Notes: generated by a model not told the origin, from the letters alone. Positions 47,895 through 59,643 are shown, numbered from the stretch's first letter. The stretch: 64,000 nucleotides of DNA from Bacillota bacterium (GCA_050259635.1 JBLNBA010000002.1:154906-218905), one strand, 5' to 3'. Made by a program: numbers and translations.

Positions 47895-48659
47895 ATGGTT
47901 AAGAGATCATCTATTATTTTGCAAGTCATCTTCTGGATATCGCCTATATTCTATTGGGCGGTCTGGCAGATAATACAAGCTAATCCCGAACTGCTTTGGA
48001 CTTTAGCTCCCGCCTCTTTCGTTTTGCTGATTCCGGTCGCTTATGAAGCGGCAGCGGAAACAAGGTCATGGCGCTTTTTCTATATCCTTCTAGGATTAGT
48101 TTTAACAATCGTTAGTTTTTTCCTTTTCATTTCTTTTTTGCCAGGCGCTTGGAAGGCGGAAATACTCTGGTTACTTATGATCGCTTTCCTCTACCGTTAT
48201 TTATGGTCGGCCAGGAAGGCTTCGAGAGGCGGACCACCTGAAGATTGGATGCTTGTTTCTCTCTATGGTGGTTTGCTAACCGTCTTTTTGGCTGCATCTT
48301 CCTTATTCGCACTCCAGTCGTTCTTAAGTATCTCGCCGTGGCTTTTGCTAGCTTCTTTCATACCTTTCGTGGTCGCGATCACCCGGCTGATCGCTTATTC
48401 CCAGGGCTGGAACCGGAAACAGGATAAATGGGTCTGGCCGCTTATTTCTATTTTGCCCCTGGAGATTGCCATGGCGTTTTCACTTCTGCCTTTGAATTAT
48501 TTGATTGCCGGAATACTCTGTACCCTGGCGTATTATTCGATGCTTAATTTTTTAAGGCTTTATATGAACGGAGGCCTAACTAGGAGGAAGATAAAGAATT
48601 ATGCCTGGTTTACCGCGGTCAGCCTTATTATTATTTTATTAACGGCACGTTGGCTTTAA
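47895..48659 (+). CDS. Polytopic membrane protein
   Basis: About eight TMs, C-terminal LLTARWL. Confidence 0.75.
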   Translation: MVKRSSIILQVIFWISPIFYWAVWQIIQANPELLWTLAPASFVLLIPVAYEAAAETRSWRFFYILLGLVLTIVSFFLFISFLPGAWKAEILWLLMIAFLYRYLWSARKASRGGPPEDWMLVSLYGGLLTVFLAASSLFALQSFLSISPWLLLASFIPFVVAITRLIAYSQGWNRKQDKWVWPLISILPLEIAMAFSLLPLNYLIAGILCTLAYYSMLNFLRLYMNGGLTRRKIKNYAWFTAVSLIIILLTARWL

Positions 48660-48668
48660 TCTATCTAT

Positions 48669-49787
48669 ATGAAAAACAAATTATTACCCGTCATTCTCAC
48701 CGCGACCGCCTTCGGTTTGCTGGCCGGCGCCGTTGGTGCTTTGATAGCCGGCGTATATGGCTCGAGCAGCCTGAGCGTGGGATCTTTCAATCGGGAGCTT
48801 GATTTAAGCAGCTTGGGTTATCTCTCTCCAAATCTGGTTATCCGCGACGCCAAGAAAGTAGTAGTGAACCAGGATGTAAAGGCGGATGAGACCATCCGCG
48901 ATCTTCGCCAGAGCCTGCTCGGGGTGTTCGTGAAGAAAGAAGGCGAAGCAATATATGAATTACATGCCCCTTTTGCCCAGGCACTGGCCGCCACTAGCGA
49001 TGGCTGGGTAATGGCGGCTTGGCCTAAAGTGCCAAGCAAGGCGGAGATCGAGACTATTAAAGACACTTATGTCGTAGTTGATGATTCTCGTAAGGTATAT
49101 GCAGTTGATCAGGTGCTTTCTTCAGAAGGAGCCGGCGCTTTCATTTTTCTCCATCTCGCGTCTTCCAGCGGTTTGAATGTCCGCCGCCTGTCTCCGGATT
49201 CCGATATCAAGGCGGGCCAGTCCCTGATCATCTCTTCCGCCCTAGATTCATTTCTCCTCGATAGCCTCCAGTCTAAGAGCATGGCTTCTTCTTTGCTTTC
49301 TAGCGATAGCTATCCCCTCACTTTGCGCTTTGCGGCGGGATCGGCGCTTAAGCCTGCATACGCTTTTAACCTCAATGGTGATCTTGTGGCAGCGGTAGAT
49401 GCGCAGGGCAGACAGCTGGCTGGTCCGGTGTTAGACGCTTATTGGCGGTCTCTTTTACGCAAACAGGATTTGTCTTTACCCTCTCTTGGCGTAAACTACC
49501 TGGATTTATCCGCGGTAGCTATCGGCGGGTCGAGATCGTATCCGGAAAAGGGAGCTCTACTGAAAGTTCGTGGTGAATTGCCGGCGGTGATAAAAGGCGG
49601 CCCGGCAGATAAAGCCGGCCTTATCGCCGGTGATATCATCGTGCGCCTTGATGGTATTGAAATTAACGCCGATAATAACCTCTCGGTCTTGTTGGCTACA
49701 TATGAGGCGGGTGATCGTGTCACCGTCAGTTATTTACGGAAGAATTTGCCAGCCCAAGTGGAAGTGACCTTGGGAGAGGCGAAGTGA
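48669..49787 (+). CDS. HtrA-like PDZ protein with degenerate protease domain
   Basis: N-terminal TM, TSDGW, C-terminal PDZ GGPADKAGLIAGDII; catalytic triad not seen. Confidence 0.75.
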   Translation: MKNKLLPVILTATAFGLLAGAVGALIAGVYGSSSLSVGSFNRELDLSSLGYLSPNLVIRDAKKVVVNQDVKADETIRDLRQSLLGVFVKKEGEAIYELHAPFAQALAATSDGWVMAAWPKVPSKAEIETIKDTYVVVDDSRKVYAVDQVLSSEGAGAFIFLHLASSSGLNVRRLSPDSDIKAGQSLIISSALDSFLLDSLQSKSMASSLLSSDSYPLTLRFAAGSALKPAYAFNLNGDLVAAVDAQGRQLAGPVLDAYWRSLLRKQDLSLPSLGVNYLDLSAVAIGGSRSYPEKGALLKVRGELPAVIKGGPADKAGLIAGDIIVRLDGIEINADNNLSVLLATYEAGDRVTVSYLRKNLPAQVEVTLGEAK

Positions 49788-49791
49788 ATCT

Positions 49792-50967
49792 ATGGCTAAG
49801 GTAAAAAGCATTAGACTGAAACGACAATGGAAGGGCGTAAGGGTGCTGTTGCGGGTCGATTTTAATGTTCCCAAGGACGGGAAGAATATCGCTGAGGATT
49901 TTCGGATTACCGCTGCGCTTCCCACGCTTCGTTTCCTGATCAGCAAAGGTGCCCGGGTGATAATTTTAAGCCACTGGGGAGATCCCAAGGGTTGGGATAA
50001 ATCCCTTTCCACCAAGCCGCTAGCCGCTCGCTTAAGCAGGCTTTCCAAACTAAAGATCAAGCACGTGGCGGATATTGCCGGAAAGAAAGCTTTGGCCGCG
50101 ATTGCAAAATTAGAAGACGGCGAGGTTCTCATGTTGGAGAATGTCCGTTTTGAAGCAGGGGAAAAAGATAATAGCCGGGAATTCGCCAAGCAGCTTGCTT
50201 CTTTGGCGGAGGTGTATGTCAATGACGCTTTTTCCGTTTGCCACCGAGATCAAGCATCGGTGAGCCTGGTTTCTGGTCTCCTTCCTTCGTACGCCGGCCT
50301 CCAGGTGGGGGAGGAAATTCGTAATCTGGATCGCGTCCTTGAGCCGCAGAAGCCACTCATAGTCATCATGGGCGGGTCGAAGATCGCCACGAAGGCGCCG
50401 CTTATCCGCAAGCTCTATCCTAAAGCGGAAAAGATCCTCCTGGGCGGCGGTTTAGCTAATACTTTTTTGAAATGGCAGGGTAAGGAAATTGGAAAATCAC
50501 TAGCCGATGATGACGCCAAGGAATATATAGAGCCCTTCTTCGTTAAGGGAAAACTCAAAGCCAAGATAATACTTCCTGTGGATGCAGTAGTGGAATCTTC
50601 TTCCGGAAGAAATTATTGCAAAATTGTGGAAGGGATTAATAAAGGCGATCGCATCTTTGATATCGGTCCGGAGACGGTGGCGCTGTTTAGCTCCTTGATC
50701 AAGAAGGGTAAGACGATTGTCTGGAACGGGCCTTTAGGAAAGTTCGAGGATGCTCCTTTCCGCCATGGGACTCAGGCGGTGGCGGAGGTCATCGCGGCCA
50801 GGTCTACTGGGAAAGCTTTCGGTTTAGTCGGGGGCGGTGAAACAGTGGATGCCTTGAAACGCACCAAGATGGAGTCATATGTCGACTGGGTTTCTACGGC
50901 CGGCGGTGCCATGCTTTCTTATCTAGGGGGCGAAAAGCTCCCTGGGTTGAAAAATATTCTCAAATAA
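49792..50967 (+). CDS. pgk: Phosphoglycerate kinase
   Basis: LRVDFNVP, LENVRF, NDAF, WNGPLG, STAGGA. Confidence 0.93.
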   Translation: MAKVKSIRLKRQWKGVRVLLRVDFNVPKDGKNIAEDFRITAALPTLRFLISKGARVIILSHWGDPKGWDKSLSTKPLAARLSRLSKLKIKHVADIAGKKALAAIAKLEDGEVLMLENVRFEAGEKDNSREFAKQLASLAEVYVNDAFSVCHRDQASVSLVSGLLPSYAGLQVGEEIRNLDRVLEPQKPLIVIMGGSKIATKAPLIRKLYPKAEKILLGGGLANTFLKWQGKEIGKSLADDDAKEYIEPFFVKGKLKAKIILPVDAVVESSSGRNYCKIVEGINKGDRIFDIGPETVALFSSLIKKGKTIVWNGPLGKFEDAPFRHGTQAVAEVIAARSTGKAFGLVGGGETVDALKRTKMESYVDWVSTAGGAMLSYLGGEKLPGLKNILK

Positions 50968-50971
50968 AATT

Positions 50972-52273
50972 ATGCCAAAGAAGATTGCGGACAAGATCGC
51001 TTCGGTCAAAGCGAGGGAAATCCTTGATTCTCGGGGTTATCCAACAATTGAGGCTTGTGTCAGACTGGAATCGGGCGTGAAGGCTAAAGCGAGCGCTCCT
51101 GCCGGTATCGAGCCGGACAAGGGAAGCCTGAAAGATCTTCGCGACGGGGATAAGAAGCGGTTCTCAGGGAAGGGGGTGCTTCTGGCCGCCAATCATATTA
51201 ACGAGATAATTTCTTCTCGTCTGCAAGGCCTGGAAATCGGCAACCAGCAGGAGATAGATCGTCTGTTGATAGAGTTAGATGGCAGTTTGGACCGGCGGCA
51301 GCTGGGTGCAAACGCGATCTTTGCGGTATCGGTGGCAGTCGCCCGGGCGGCAGCCATTTCCCAAGGATTAGAGCTTTATGAATATATCTGCCAGGCATTT
51401 GCTCTGGCTAAGCCGGCGAATCTGCCGGTGCCCATGTTTAACATGTTTAACGGCGGCAGGCACGCCGATACCAATTTGGATTTTCAAGAATTTCTGCTCA
51501 TACCTCAGAAAGGAGCGGCCGCCTTTGCCAGTAGCGCCCGCGAAGGAGAAATGGCTAAAATGATTCGCGCCGGGGCCGAAACATATCATTGGCTAGGACA
51601 GGTTTTAAGGGAATCCGGTTTTGATACTGATACCGGCTTGGAGGGCGGCTATGCTCCCGATATGGATTCCAGCCTTAAGGCTTTGGAGATGATCATGGCG
51701 GCAGTTATCCGTGCCGGCTATAAGCCGGGAGTAGATTTTAAGCTTGGTATCGATATCGGTTCGGCCGGTCTTTATGACCAAGCTGCCGGGCGGTATATTT
51801 TCCCCTTGGATGAAGCCAGCCTTACCCCGCAAACATTATCTTCTTTATATAGTGATTGGCTTGAGCGCTATCCTTTGGCCTACCTTGAAGATGGAGTAGG
51901 CGACGAGGATTGGCCGGCCTGGCGGGAGGCGACCGCCGTTTTGGGGGATAAGCTGATCCTTGCCGGCGATGACCTTTTTGCCGGTAGCATTGAACGTCTA
52001 CGGCGGGGAATTGCCGAAAGAGCGGCTAATGCCATAGTGCTTAAGCCGAATCAGATTGGTACGTTGACAGAAGTGGTGGAATGTGCGAAACTTGCGCAAC
52101 GGCAGAATTACCGTCTAATCGTCTCCCATCGGGGGGCGGAAACTAATGACGACTTCATTTCTGACCTGGCAGCCGCCCTGGGTGCTCAATATCTCAAAGC
52201 CGGCTCGCTTTCCCGTGGAGAACGCGTGAGCAAATATAACCGCTTGGCGGAAATAGCGCTCATGCCTGCTTGA
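50972..52273 (+). CDS. eno: Enolase, divergent
   Basis: REILDSRG, NGGRHA, QEF, GDDL, LKPNQIG, KYNRL; SGAST and SHRS motifs altered. Confidence 0.85.
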   Translation: MPKKIADKIASVKAREILDSRGYPTIEACVRLESGVKAKASAPAGIEPDKGSLKDLRDGDKKRFSGKGVLLAANHINEIISSRLQGLEIGNQQEIDRLLIELDGSLDRRQLGANAIFAVSVAVARAAAISQGLELYEYICQAFALAKPANLPVPMFNMFNGGRHADTNLDFQEFLLIPQKGAAAFASSAREGEMAKMIRAGAETYHWLGQVLRESGFDTDTGLEGGYAPDMDSSLKALEMIMAAVIRAGYKPGVDFKLGIDIGSAGLYDQAAGRYIFPLDEASLTPQTLSSLYSDWLERYPLAYLEDGVGDEDWPAWREATAVLGDKLILAGDDLFAGSIERLRRGIAERAANAIVLKPNQIGTLTEVVECAKLAQRQNYRLIVSHRGAETNDDFISDLAAALGAQYLKAGSLSRGERVSKYNRLAEIALMPA

Positions 52274-52279
52274 TATTTT

Positions 52280-53164
52280 ATGTCACAAACCGAAACCGAT
52301 AATGACGGAAGTATGGAGGACGCCGATAAGCCGGCGTTCTTGCTTTGCCTTTTGTTAGACGGTCTTGGGATTTCCCAGGCAACCGAAGCCAACGCGGTGG
52401 CGATAGCAAAGATGCCGAATTTTTCCCGTTTCGTTAAACAATACCCGGTAACCTTGTTATCCGGAGGAGATGCTGATCCTCGCCGCCGATATTATTCCCT
52501 TGGTTGCGGCAGTTTAGAGATCATAGACGGACCATCTCCGCTAGGTGAGGCTTTATCTAATGAAGGCCGCCGTGTCCTTAAGATATGCGGAAGCGAGCAA
52601 TTGACGTCTCTAAACTATCACTTTAACGGCCAAAAAGAATTACCATATCCCGGTGAAGATCGCCTGGCTGTTACCACTCCTTCCCGAGGAAGCAGTCTCA
52701 AGGAATTTGCCAAAGAACTAAGCGGGTTGATTGCTGCCTCATTAAAAAGAAGGAAGCATGATGTGATCATTGCCAGCTTGCCCTTTGCCCAGGAGGCGTC
52801 TGCTAACGGTGATTTCAAAGATACTGTCCGGAGCCTGCAGCAGATAGATAGGCTGATTGGCAAGATAGCCGATATCGTCCTTAATACCTCGGGAATCCTT
52901 ATCATCACCGCTCCTTACGGAAACGCGGAAAAGACCAAGGATCTGGCGGCTGACTGGGAAGACCGGGAACCGACTGAAAATCCTGTTCCATTTCTAGTAA
53001 TTGGCAAGGAATATGAAGGGAAGACGATTGGTCTAGCCGATCCTTTGGAAGGAGATCTGAGCGTTTTGGCTCCGGCCGGGACTCTTGCTGACTTCTCACC
53101 CACTGTCTTGTCCCTGCTAGGTATTGCCAAGCCGGAGGGAATGCTTGGCAAGAGCTTGATTTGA
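52280..53164 (+). CDS. Shortened, probably inactive cofactor-independent phosphoglycerate mutase homologue
   Basis: LDGLG, AKMPN, YHFNG, YGNAE, NPVPF, GTLADFSPTVL...GKSL; only 294 aa. Confidence 0.75.
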   Translation: MSQTETDNDGSMEDADKPAFLLCLLLDGLGISQATEANAVAIAKMPNFSRFVKQYPVTLLSGGDADPRRRYYSLGCGSLEIIDGPSPLGEALSNEGRRVLKICGSEQLTSLNYHFNGQKELPYPGEDRLAVTTPSRGSSLKEFAKELSGLIAASLKRRKHDVIIASLPFAQEASANGDFKDTVRSLQQIDRLIGKIADIVLNTSGILIITAPYGNAEKTKDLAADWEDREPTENPVPFLVIGKEYEGKTIGLADPLEGDLSVLAPAGTLADFSPTVLSLLGIAKPEGMLGKSLI

Positions 53165-53223
53165 AACATTATATTGATATAATTTAGATAATCGTACAAA
53201 AACAACAAATAGAAGGAGGAAAA

Positions 53224-53466
53224 ATGCAAAATGATGCAAGACTTGCAGTAAATGAGGAGGAAGCCGTCAATAAGATGGCCGAACTCCTTGAGATGTCTCC
53301 TTTCGATAAGAAGGAAGTCATAAGGAAAGCGCTTCAGAGACAATCTTTGAATCCAAAGTTTATGCATGACTTAGGATATACAAGGTTAATGTTTGCCCGG
53401 ATGCTTTCGAAACTCGAAAGCGGACTACGTTCTTATACCTGCCGGCAGTACCTCTTGATCGAGTAA
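53224..53466 (+). CDS. Hypothetical protein (AT-rich solo unit)
   Basis: TATAAT upstream, AAGGAGG SD, terminator at 53487-53519. Confidence 0.6.
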   Translation: MQNDARLAVNEEEAVNKMAELLEMSPFDKKEVIRKALQRQSLNPKFMHDLGYTRLMFARMLSKLESGLRSYTCRQYLLIE

Positions 53467-53533
53467 TCTCGATTAGGTCAGAAAATAAAAAGACCGTTTT
53501 TAAAGCGGTCTTCTTTTTTATCCAAATATTCTC

Positions 53534-53968
53534 TTAAAATCCCAGCATGTATCCTGCCAGACTGACACTCATGCCGATTAAGGCCCCGATTATCACTTGC
53601 AAAGGCGTGTGGCCGATGTGCTCCAGCTGTTTGGGGTATAGATTGTCCAGATAATCGTCTTCTTTGAGATCCTTCACGAGGATGTTCAGGGTTTTGCCAT
53701 GCTGCCCGAGATAGTTCCTTAGTCCGATAGCGTCTGTGATGACGATGGTCATCAAGACAAAAGCAATCGCAAAACTGTTAGACCAGAGTCCGTCACGCAG
53801 GCCGACAACCATGGTCAGCGAAGTAACGGTGGCAGTGTGGCCGCTCGGCATGTCCGAATAGGCGAAGATGTCGCGCCAACGAAAACGCCGGTTCCTGCTC
53901 TTGAGCAGGACTTTCATGCCTTGGGCAAGAGCGAAGGCGATGACTGGATAGATTAAGTATGGAGGCAT
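53534..53968 (-). CDS. Divergent PAP2 (DUF212) family protein
   Basis: AQGMK, MPSGHTA, DAIGLR, GHTPLQV. Confidence 0.88.
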   Translation of the reverse strand: MPPYLIYPVIAFALAQGMKVLLKSRNRRFRWRDIFAYSDMPSGHTATVTSLTMVVGLRDGLWSNSFAIAFVLMTIVITDAIGLRNYLGQHGKTLNILVKDLKEDDYLDNLYPKQLEHIGHTPLQVIIGALIGMSVSLAGYMLGF

Positions 53969-53969
53969 A

Positions 53970-56054
<2,085 letters not shown>

Positions 56055-56115
56055 TTATATTGATATTATAACAAAATTCAGCGGTCAAAGCAAACGGCTC
56101 TGGGCTAATTACCTC

Positions 56116-56180
56116 TTGACAATCTGGATATTTTTAGGTAATATCATGGTAGTTTAACCACCACAAAAAATCGTTCATTA
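56116..56180 (+). promoter_or_regulatory. Promoter and leader motif of the small Zn-ribbon ORF
   Basis: TTGACA-17-TAATAT; AATCGTTCATTA ending at the ATG. Confidence 0.6.
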
Positions 56181-56350
56181 TGTTCAGGAAATTATTAAAG
56201 AATAGCCAGGATCGGCGCCCGGCTAAGAATCCGAAGGCTATTAAAATTAGAAAGAATCTTGGAGAAGGTAAAAAGATCTGCCATGACTGCGGTGGCAGCT
56301 ACCCGGCAAATTACGTGAGCTGTCCCAGGACATATTTACACAATAACTAA
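56180..56350 (+). CDS. 56-aa basic zinc-ribbon-like protein (absent from ORF track)
   Basis: MFRKLLKNSQDRRPAKNPKAIKIRKNLGEGKKICHDCGGSYPANYVSCPRTYLHNN; promoter before, GGCTTTG/CAAAGCC terminator after. Confidence 0.6.
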   Translation: MFRKLLKNSQDRRPAKNPKAIKIRKNLGEGKKICHDCGGSYPANYVSCPRTYLHNN

Positions 56351-56424
56351 GATCAATCCGGCTTTGTCTCCACAAAGCCTTTTTTATTTGGCAAAGATGC
56401 TCTTTTGCGTTATCATTTCCATAT

Positions 56425-57381
56425 ATGGCCAAGATATTAGTGACCGGCGGCGCCGGTTTTATCGGTTCAAATCTAGCTGACCGTCTCCTTTCTGAGGGGA
56501 ATGAAGTTTTTATTATCGATAACCTTTCATCGGGGCGTCGTGATTATGTTCCGGATGGCGCTGTTTTCTGGGAGATGGATATCTGCGATCCTCAGATGAT
56601 TGAGCGCTGTGCTAGCGAAGGCTTTAAGGTTATATATCATTTGGCTGCGCAGATAGATGTGAGGAAGTCCGTGGCGGATCCGGCTGGGGATACCAAGGTG
56701 AATATTCTTGGTGGCATCAATGTCTTGGAAGCGGCTAAGCGCGCCGGGGCTAAAGTCGTCATGGCTTCTACTGGCGGAGCGATTTATGGGGAGACGGAAG
56801 AAATCCCAACGACGGAGAATACTCCGACCTATCCGCTTTCTCCTTATGGAATAAATAAGCTGGCCCTGGAAAAGTATCTGAACTACTATTACTTTGCCTA
56901 TGGGCTGAACTATACCATCCTCCGTTTCGCCAATGTCTATGGCCCGCGGCAATATAAGGGCGGAGAAGCGGGCGTTATTGCCATCTTTACCGAAGCGATG
57001 GCTACCGGGAAGCCATGCACGCTTTATGGGGATGGGAAACAAACACGTGATTTCGTCTATGTGGACGATGTGGTGTCCGCTTTAGTGAAGGCCGGAAAGA
57101 TAGATTGCCGGGGTGAGATCAATATCGGCACCGGGAAAGAGATCGACATGTGGCAGATGGTTTCCGCGATTGAGGCAGCTGCCGGTGGCAAGCTTGCTCT
57201 TGAGCTGGCTCCGGGGAGAATCGGCGAACAGCGCCGCAGCGTCCTGTCTAACCGGCGGGCTCTAGAGACTTTGGATTGGCAGCCGGAAGTGGGCTTTGAA
57301 GAAGGAGTAAAACGCACCTATGATTGGGTAAGATCCCTTTTGGTCGAAGATATTGCAAATAAATCATTTGTTGAAATATGA
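56425..57381 (+). CDS. NAD-dependent epimerase/dehydratase (GalE-like)
   Basis: VTGGAGFIGS, HLAAQ, YGINK, NVYGPRQ, RDFVYV. Confidence 0.92.
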   Translation: MAKILVTGGAGFIGSNLADRLLSEGNEVFIIDNLSSGRRDYVPDGAVFWEMDICDPQMIERCASEGFKVIYHLAAQIDVRKSVADPAGDTKVNILGGINVLEAAKRAGAKVVMASTGGAIYGETEEIPTTENTPTYPLSPYGINKLALEKYLNYYYFAYGLNYTILRFANVYGPRQYKGGEAGVIAIFTEAMATGKPCTLYGDGKQTRDFVYVDDVVSALVKAGKIDCRGEINIGTGKEIDMWQMVSAIEAAAGGKLALELAPGRIGEQRRSVLSNRRALETLDWQPEVGFEEGVKRTYDWVRSLLVEDIANKSFVEI

Positions 57382-58106
57382 AAATATTTATCGCTAACTG
57401 GAAGATGCAGGTACCTTTCGCTGAAGCAGAAATCTTGGCGAAATCCTTTGCCCGTGCTTTCAAGGAATATAAAGGCAAGGCAGTAATCTGCCCGGACTTC
57501 TTAGCTTTACCATTGGTGGGGAAGACGCTTATTCCTTCGGCCCTTAAGCTTGGCGTCCAAGACCTAGCTCCGTATTCGCGAGGTGCTTATACCGGGGAAG
57601 TATCTCCGGTGGATATGGCTGTTCTCGGAGCGGAGTTTGCGCTTATCGGCCACAGTGAACGCCGCTCAATCTTCCATGAAGACGATAAGCTTATCGCCGA
57701 GAAGATCCGGTCCGCCGTAGAACAGGGAATGACTCCGGTACTCTGCGTCGGCGAAAACGCGGCTGAGCGGAAACTGGGCAGGGCGGCGTCGGTCGTACGG
57801 AACCAGTTAAAAGGAGCTTTTAAAGGCATGAAAGCCAAGGAGCTAAAATCCTTGGTCATCGCCTATGAGCCGGTTTGGGCGATTGGCACGGGTTCTGTCT
57901 GCGACCCGGCGACGGCTTTTCGTATGAAGGCGACGATTAGTGATTTTTGCCTGCGATCCGGGCTGAAGAAGACGCCCGTGCTATATGGAGGCAGCGTTAA
58001 GCCGGATAATGCCGCTTCCTTTCTGGCTAAGGGCGGCTTCGACGGATTATTAGTAGGAGGAGCCAGTCTGGAAGTAGAAAGCTTCCTTAAAATCTGTAAA
58101 CAATAA
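57378..58106 (+). CDS. tpiA: Triosephosphate isomerase
   Basis: ANWKM, GHSERR, AYEPVWAIGTG, YGGSV, VGGASL. Confidence 0.97.
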   Translation: MKIFIANWKMQVPFAEAEILAKSFARAFKEYKGKAVICPDFLALPLVGKTLIPSALKLGVQDLAPYSRGAYTGEVSPVDMAVLGAEFALIGHSERRSIFHEDDKLIAEKIRSAVEQGMTPVLCVGENAAERKLGRAASVVRNQLKGAFKGMKAKELKSLVIAYEPVWAIGTGSVCDPATAFRMKATISDFCLRSGLKKTPVLYGGSVKPDNAASFLAKGGFDGLLVGGASLEVESFLKICKQ

Positions 58107-58108
58107 TT

Positions 58109-58921
58109 ATGCTCGATATCATCGCTTGGATTTTAGCCGGCCTTTCATTGGCTGTCATCCTCTACATCGTCATCCGCAAATTTCCTGCTTTGGCTATCCT
58201 TGACGTAGACAATATTCCCGGCCAGAAGGAAGCGAAATTCAAGGAAAAGATCATGCGCCGACGGGTTGAGCGGGATCTAGGCTTGGTGAATTCTTTCCTT
58301 CTTTTATGGCGGAAGCGTATCGGGGGGCTAATCGGTTCCTTCTTAAAGAGAAGGTACCAACGCTTGGCTAAATTAAGGGACGATATCAAGCGTCAGAAGA
58401 AACTAAGTTTCAGCGAGAAGCGCGAGCGTATCGCGGAACTTTTTGCGCAAGCCAAGGCCGCTCTATCCGCGGATAATTTCGAGGCGGCAGAGAAGCACTT
58501 GATCGAGGTTATCAGTTTGGACGCCAAGCGCCTTTCGGCCTTTCTCGAGCTGGGCGAAAGCTATCGTCTGCGCAAGAGCTATAAAGAGGCTAAAGAGACT
58601 TTCGAGCATACCTTGAAGCTCGCCTATCAGCTTCGGAAAGACCCGGAGATGCTCGAGGGCATAAACATATCGGAAATCCGTTTTTCATTGGCTCGTGTTT
58701 GTTATGAGCTTGATCTAATCGATGAGGCTTTGGAATATGGGCGCCAAGCTTTGGACGCTGAGCCCAACAACCCTCGCTACCTTGATTTAATTTTGGATTT
58801 AAGTATAATGAAAAAAGATAAAAATTCAGCGATTGCCTCTTGGGAAAAGTTAGCCGCCGCCAATCCGGAGAATAATAAGCTTCCGGAATGGAAAGCGAAG
58901 ATCGACGCCCTGGAAGAATAG
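58109..58921 (+). CDS. Membrane-anchored TPR protein
   Basis: N-terminal TM, TPR-like helices, EPNNPRYLD. Confidence 0.8.
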   Translation: MLDIIAWILAGLSLAVILYIVIRKFPALAILDVDNIPGQKEAKFKEKIMRRRVERDLGLVNSFLLLWRKRIGGLIGSFLKRRYQRLAKLRDDIKRQKKLSFSEKRERIAELFAQAKAALSADNFEAAEKHLIEVISLDAKRLSAFLELGESYRLRKSYKEAKETFEHTLKLAYQLRKDPEMLEGINISEIRFSLARVCYELDLIDEALEYGRQALDAEPNNPRYLDLILDLSIMKKDKNSAIASWEKLAAANPENNKLPEWKAKIDALEE

Positions 58922-58994
58922 GCCGTTTTAGCTCAGTTGGTAGAGCATCTCCATGGTAAGGAGAAGGTCTCGGGTCCGAATCCCGAAAACGGCT
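58922..58994 (+). tRNA. tRNA-Thr(GGT)
   Basis: GCCGTTTTAGCTCAG...TCTCC-ATGGTAA-GGAGA...; T-loop variant GTCCGAAT. Confidence 0.92.
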
Positions 58995-59048
58995 CGGAAA
59001 AGAAAAAAGCCACCTTTGTTTGGTGGCTTTTGCTTTTTTTAAAACAGT

Positions 59049-59516
59049 TTAGAGTTCAGTTATGTCTTCGATGCTGTTAATTTTTATGGCGCCCGGAATC
59101 TTAAAGCGGGAACCAGTTTTAACGAAAATTTTTAGCTTTGGGTTTTCTCTCAATGCCCGCTTGACGTGGTGTGCTAAGGCTTTTGATCCTTCACCCCTGG
59201 CTGGTTCATTCTCTGGGCGTTCACGGAAGTCAACATAGAAGATGTCCGCTATTTCCAAGACTCTTTCTAGTTGCTGGCCATTGGCACAGTCGTTCAGATA
59301 TCCGCCGAAAGCATACCAGCAAAGATTGGCATCGTGCTTTAGGCACATTTGCCGGTGGATTTCCCCTCCTGCGCTCAGGGTCCCAGTACTCATCACCAAC
59401 ATGTTGGATGATGAGTCATAGACAATTATACACTTATGCTTCTTACTTTTTTTATTAAGCTCTTTTTTCGTTGCGCCAACATAAAGGCGCAAATTCTGGT
59501 CATCTAGTCTTCCCAT
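59049..59516 (-). CDS. Hypothetical protein (AT-rich solo unit), possibly degenerate receiver-like fold
   Basis: TTGACA-17-TATTAT (59556-59584) and CGTTCATTAC upstream; terminator at 59004-59040. Confidence 0.65.
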   Translation of the reverse strand: MGRLDDQNLRLYVGATKKELNKKSKKHKCIIVYDSSSNMLVMSTGTLSAGGEIHRQMCLKHDANLCWYAFGGYLNDCANGQQLERVLEIADIFYVDFRERPENEPARGEGSKALAHHVKRALRENPKLKIFVKTGSRFKIPGAIKINSIEDITEL

Positions 59517-59643
59517 GCTGTTTTTTTTAGTAATGAACGATTGTTTTGTTCGTATATAATATTAGGATATTAGATAATTGTCAATAGAGAAGGGAAATGG
59601 TAATAACTTTAAAGTTAGCCAATATTAAACCAAACTATATATA

